Source: Amoebidium appalachense (Eukaryota; Protista; Ichthyosporea). From it: a stretch of DNA of 64,000 nt. Under the pieces are notes generated by a model. The model saw nothing but the letters and a program-made list of their open reading frames with translations, was not told the DNA's origin and made no database searches. Positions 59,101-64,000 of this stretch are shown in pieces. How positions within the stretch are numbered: the stretch's first letter is position 1; the number at the start of each line of letters is the position of its first letter. Position numbers and translations under genes: made by a program. The stretch covers positions 8,055,312 through 8,119,311 of the forward strand of contig CAVNZM010000003.1 of assembly GCA_963693365.1 (NCBI GenBank), written 5' to 3'.

Positions 59101-60132
59101 CTCTCGTTCTCTCTCTCTCATTCTCCCTCTCCTTCTTCCCCCTCCTCACCCTCTCTCTTTCCAGCCCCCCTCCATCTCCCCACTCCCCCCCCCCCCTCTC
59201 CCCCCTCTCCTGCCTTTCTCTCTTTTCCTTTGCTCTCTTTCTCTTTCCCTCTTCCCTCCCCCCGCCTCCCTCTCTCTCTCCCTGCTCCCCCCCCCCCCTT
59301 CCCCCCCCCCCCCCTCCCTCTCTGCCCCTCGTCTCCCTCTCCCTCCCCCCTCCCTCTCTCCCTCTTTGTCCATCCCCCTGTCCCTCTCTCTCCCTCTCTC
59401 CTCTATCTCCCCTCTATCTCTCCCCCTAGCTCGCTCCCCCGGCCCCTCCCTCTCTGCCCCTCCCCCTTCTCTCGCTCTCTCTCTCTCTCTCCCTCTCTCC
59501 TCTTTCTCTCCCCCTCTCTCACCATCCCATCAATTTCCCTCCTTCCCCCCCCCCCCCCCCCCCTCCCGCCCCACACCCACCCACCCACCCTACCCCCTCT
59601 GTTTCGCTCTCTGTTAAGCCATATTTATTCAGCCCATGGTTACACTTACCAGATCAATCGATCGATCTCAATCACACACAAACAGTCTCTTTCTTCTTTC
59701 GGGAGATACACATTAATACGTCCGTCAATTCATGGATTTAACCCCGTCTTCTCCCTTTTCCCCCTCTCCCCCCTCCAGTCCCCTTCTTCTCTCTCTCTCT
59801 CTCTCTCTCTCTCCCCCCCCCCCCCCCCCCTCTCTCCCCCTCCCCCCCCCCCCCCCCCCCCCCCTGGCAGCATTTCAAGGGGGTAGCCTGCACGTACTGC
59901 AAACACTGGGCACAGCTTGTGGCACGCAGGCTGCCTCTGGAGCCTGACACAGGTATTATCCCCCCCCCCCCCCCCCTCCCCCCCTCCCCTCCCCTCCCCT
60001 CCCCTCCTCCCCCAATCACGCCCTCCCCCCCCCCCCCCCCCCACCACCACCACCACCACCACCACCACCACCCACACACCCATACACCCACCCCCTTCCC
60101 CCCATGCCCCTTATCCTGCCTTCTTTCCCCCT

Positions 60133-60170
<38 letters not shown>

Positions 60171-61243
60171 CTCCCGCCCCTCCCTTACAACATACATACA
60201 CATATCTACACTGTGATCCCTTCCTCCACTTAATTCTTCCCCCCAACCTACCCACCCACCACCACCACCACCCAGCCACCTACCCCCCCCCACCCACCCT
60301 TTGATGATTTTTGGCCCATTTTTAAGACTGTGCTCTTCTGATGATACACACCCTTGTGTGTCTGCATTGTCTTACGAAATCTGCCATGTGTTCCCCGTCG
60401 TGATATGTCATATTCTGCAACACATTTCAACCCCTCCCCCCCCCCCCACCCCCACCCCACCCACCCTCCCCTCACTCCCCCTGTGGGTGGGCACTACGGA
60501 TGGTGTGTGCTCTTTTGTGTGTGCTCTGCAATCTACAATGTGTTGTCCGTGATGAATTTGTACTTCATATTCTGAGACACATTCTAATCCTCCCACCTCC
60601 GTCCCTTCCCTCCCCTCTCCTTCCCTCGATATGCCCACACATTCTCTCCCCTTCCCCCCCCCTCCCCCCCCCCCCCTCCCCCCTCCCTCCCTCCCTGTCT
60701 CCTTCTCTCCCTGCCCACTAACACTCCCTCCTCCCTCCCCCTCACTCCAACCCCCCCCCCCCCCCCCCCCCGTGGCCCCCTCCTCACCTGGCCGCCTGCC
60801 CGCCTCCTCGCACCACCTTTCCCCCCCCAACACACACAAAAAACACACACACCATCCCCCCCCCCCCCCCCCCCCCCTGTACGCGGGCTAAGGGGTCGAA
60901 ACTCAGACGCAATTGATGACTTGGGCCCTCCCTGAGGATGGGCTCTGCTTATGACGCATACTGCGTGCATGGCTATGTTGCATACTTGAATGTTTGCCTT
61001 TGCATGTGTCCTTCGTGTATGCGTACTTCGTACCGTGTTCCGCATTCAAACCCTCCCCCCTTTCACACAGTGGGGCTGCCAAGCACGTTGCCCCCCGATG
61101 TTGAGTCTGTGCTCAACGGCACGGAGGACCAAAGACCTCCCCTGGACAATGTGCACAATGGGCCCATGACAGAGGTGGGCATTTTGCGTGGATAAACGGG
61201 CATGGTTATGCGTGGTTTTCCCGTTTTCTCTCTTATTGCATCC

Positions 61244-61277
<34 letters not shown>

Positions 61278-61402
61278 TCCTCCCTTGACAAAAAGAAAAA
61301 AGAAAAAAAAGAGCAAAAAATAAAAACATGGACACACACAAAGTAATAAAAAAATGAAACACAAGCACATGCGCACTCACACACGCACGCACACACACGC
61401 AT

Positions 61403-61444
<42 letters not shown>

Positions 61445-61768
61445 CGGGCATGGCGTGCTCCTACCTTCTTGTGACTCACACCAGCGTTTCGTCCCCCCCC
61501 CCCCCCCCCCCCCCCCAAACAAACAAACAAACAAAAAAAAACAAAAAAACCCACACCTTCCGCAATACCTATTTTTTCTCTAACGGCCACCATTCACCTA
61601 CCGACACTTAAAAGTATTCCCCCGTCCCCCCCCCCCCCCCCCCCCTCCCCCTCCCCCTTTCTTTCCGATGTGCACCCGAATGTGTGCGCGCGCGCACACA
61701 CACACACAGAGACATACACCCACGCAAACTCACACACACACACAAACACGCACGCACACACACACACG

Positions 61769-61829
<61 letters not shown>

Positions 61830-62622
61830 TGACCTACAGGACGCAGCCACCCTTCTGCCCAAGCTGGTCGAGCGCATGAAGAAGTACGTAGCAGACACAG
61901 CAGCAATCGAGACCGATGCAAACCTGGTGCGTGTGTGTGTGTGTGTGCGTGGGGGGGGGGGGGGGAGGGAAGGGGGGGGGGATGTGTGTGTGTGGTGGGG
62001 GGAGGGGAGGGAAGGATGTGTGTGTGGAGGGATAGGTGGATGGTTGGATGCATGTGCTTGTGCGTGTGCATATGGTTGGGTAGGTTGGTGGGTGGATGGG
62101 TGTGGGTGGGTATGTGGGGTGTGAGTGCATGTGCGTGCATGCGTGTGGGTGGGGGGGGGGGGGGGGAGGGGGGGAAATGGATGTGGGTGTGGGTATGGGT
62201 GGGTGTGGAGGTGTGGTGGCTTGGTGATCGAAGCATGTGGTTGTCTGGATTTAGCTGTATGTAGGTGTGGAGATGGGTCCTTGTTTTCTTATCACGTGTT
62301 GTGTCTGTGCTTTTCTCTTTCTCTCTCTTTGCTGCTCCCTCCCCCCTCCCCCCCCCCCCCCCCCCCCCCCCCCCGCCAGCTCCCCAACCCCTCCCTTTCC
62401 CCCTCCCCCCCTTCTGTCCATCATATACCATCCCGTTCGAAGCAACGATGCCGGATATGTAGAGTATCGATCTTTTTTCGCTGTATGTCTGGGTGCTGCA
62501 AAGTAATGTATCGTGTGTGTTTCTCCAAGCCACCCCATGCCATCACATTCCACACACGCTTCCTGCTATGATATGAACCGAGATTTTCTTGCTTTTTTGT
62601 GTACTTGCGTAATGTGTACAAC

Positions 62623-62655
<33 letters not shown>

Positions 62656-62789
62656 ATACCAGGTGTTGTCCGTTATGAATGTATATCTCGTACTCTATAA
62701 CGGATTCTTACCCCCTGCCCCTCCCCCCCCCCCCCCCCCCTTCCCCCCTGCCCTCTCAACAAAAAAAAAAAAAAAAAAAGAGGAATGAC

Positions 62790-62827
<38 letters not shown>

Positions 62828-63879
62828 AAACCATCTACCCGTACGTGCACTTCACAGGGGACGATGGGGTTGCCGGGTTGGACCAACTCCCCCTCCTGAG
62901 CCACCTGAGTGCCTTTAAGGCCAACCTTCTATTTGATAAGGGTGGGTGCCTGAAAATCCAAGTGTGCTGAATTCAAAAACATAATTTATTAGTGTTATTT
63001 GGGCAAGTGTTAGTGGTATCGTGTTGATTAGGTTTGATAGTATCGATTTGATAGTACCGCTTTAATTATGTTGGATGGTATCATTTCGGTTGTTTGTTAT
63101 TGGCATTCTGATTAGGATTTAATGTATCATTTTTTAGGGTCAATAGTATCGCTGGTGTGCTTTTTGGTTTTTAGGCTAATGCATGCCTGGGATCAATAAG
63201 TTAAGGGCATAGGTGGATCGGTGCGTGGTAGTGTGTAATGGTGATGGAGAGACTAGGGGAAAGAGGGAGAGGGTGGGGTGGGGAGGGGACGGGGGGTGGA
63301 AGGGGGGGGGGGGGTTGAATGATGGGAGACACGGGTGGAGTTAGCTGTCATGAAACGACTTAATGAAGCAGAATGGGTGTAATACATTGTACAGAATAGT
63401 TGAAAAAGAAGAGGAGGGCAAGAGAGATAAGAGGTGGGGTGGGATTTATAAGCATAGGGGCATAATCCCCAAGTGATGCAAGGATGTAGGGTGTTTAGGC
63501 TATGACTGTACCGCCCACATTTGCCCCCCCCCCACCACCACCACCACCACCACCACCACCACCACCCACCCACCCACCCACCCACCCCCATCCCTCCCAC
63601 CCTCCCTCCCCCTCTTCTTCCATGTGCCGGTTTACTTCCCTCAGTTTGATCACAGAGGATAATCAGAAAGGGACGGTTGGGGGAGGGGGGAAGGGAGAGG
63701 GGGGGGGGGGGGGGGGGGGAAGGGGAAAGGGGGGATCGGGAGCGGATAGAGATGTAGGGTGGTTGTTGAAACACCCATTGGTGTGGGTGTGGTGCTAACT
63801 GGGGCTAACTGGGGCTACGTGCAGAGACACTGAGTGCAGAGTGTTTGGCCATCGTGCAGTCCCTAAAGGACGCAGATAG
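58102..63879 (+). CDS. Unidentified multi-exon protein-coding gene, continues past the window; exons 58102-58160, 58757-58874, 59871-59952, 61071-61174, 61828-61926, 62827-62941, 63825-63879
   Basis: Seven repeat-free islands with AG/GT borders whose phases join into one open frame (MSAEPSWTQLQAFAKTLQDGCTEQ...VDLQDAATLLPKLVERMKKY...LFDKETLSAECLAIVQSLKDAD). Confidence 0.75.
58988..59600. repeat. Polypyrimidine (CT)n / C-run tract
   Basis: Seen directly; intronic. Confidence 0.9.
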
Positions 63880-63956
63880 GTGTGTGTGTGTGTGTGTGTG
63901 TTTGTGTGTGTGTATGTTTGCGTAAGTGTGTGTGTGTGTGCGTGTGTTTGGGTTTT

Positions 63957-63988
<32 letters not shown>

Positions 63989-64000
63989 GACTGATTTTGG

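Overview
Eukaryotic, intron-rich and extremely microsatellite- and homopolymer-rich DNA. The CDK10 and MDH2 sequences look opisthokont, and an unicellular holozoan is a plausible but unproven guess. Most ORF-track entries are repeat artefacts. Real content, left to right: (1) the first exon of a TRIM-like RING gene (-), running off the left edge; (2) a near full-length non-LTR retrotransposon (ORF1 plus APE-RT-Cys-knuckle ORF2, -); (3) a frameshifted F-box/LRR pseudogene (-); (4) two tandem 1.1-kb 5'-truncated copies of a second, related LINE (+); (5) a 4-exon aminotransferase class-V / cysteine-desulfurase-like gene that has lost its PLP lysine (-); (6) an orphan Ser/Pro-rich ORF (-); (7) CDK10, with at least 11 coding exons (+); (8) mitochondrial malate dehydrogenase, 8 exons with one GC-AG intron (-); (9) an unidentified multi-exon gene running off the right edge (+). 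Best leads: introns that end in (CA)n-CAG with no polypyrimidine tract and often start with complementary (GT)n/G-runs; the PLP pseudoenzyme; a LINE lineage whose copies all end in GTAAACCCC; and a possible 1-nt exon in CDK10. All exon models were built by eye from GT/AG sites, frame continuity and remembered family motifs; none is checked against RNA data.
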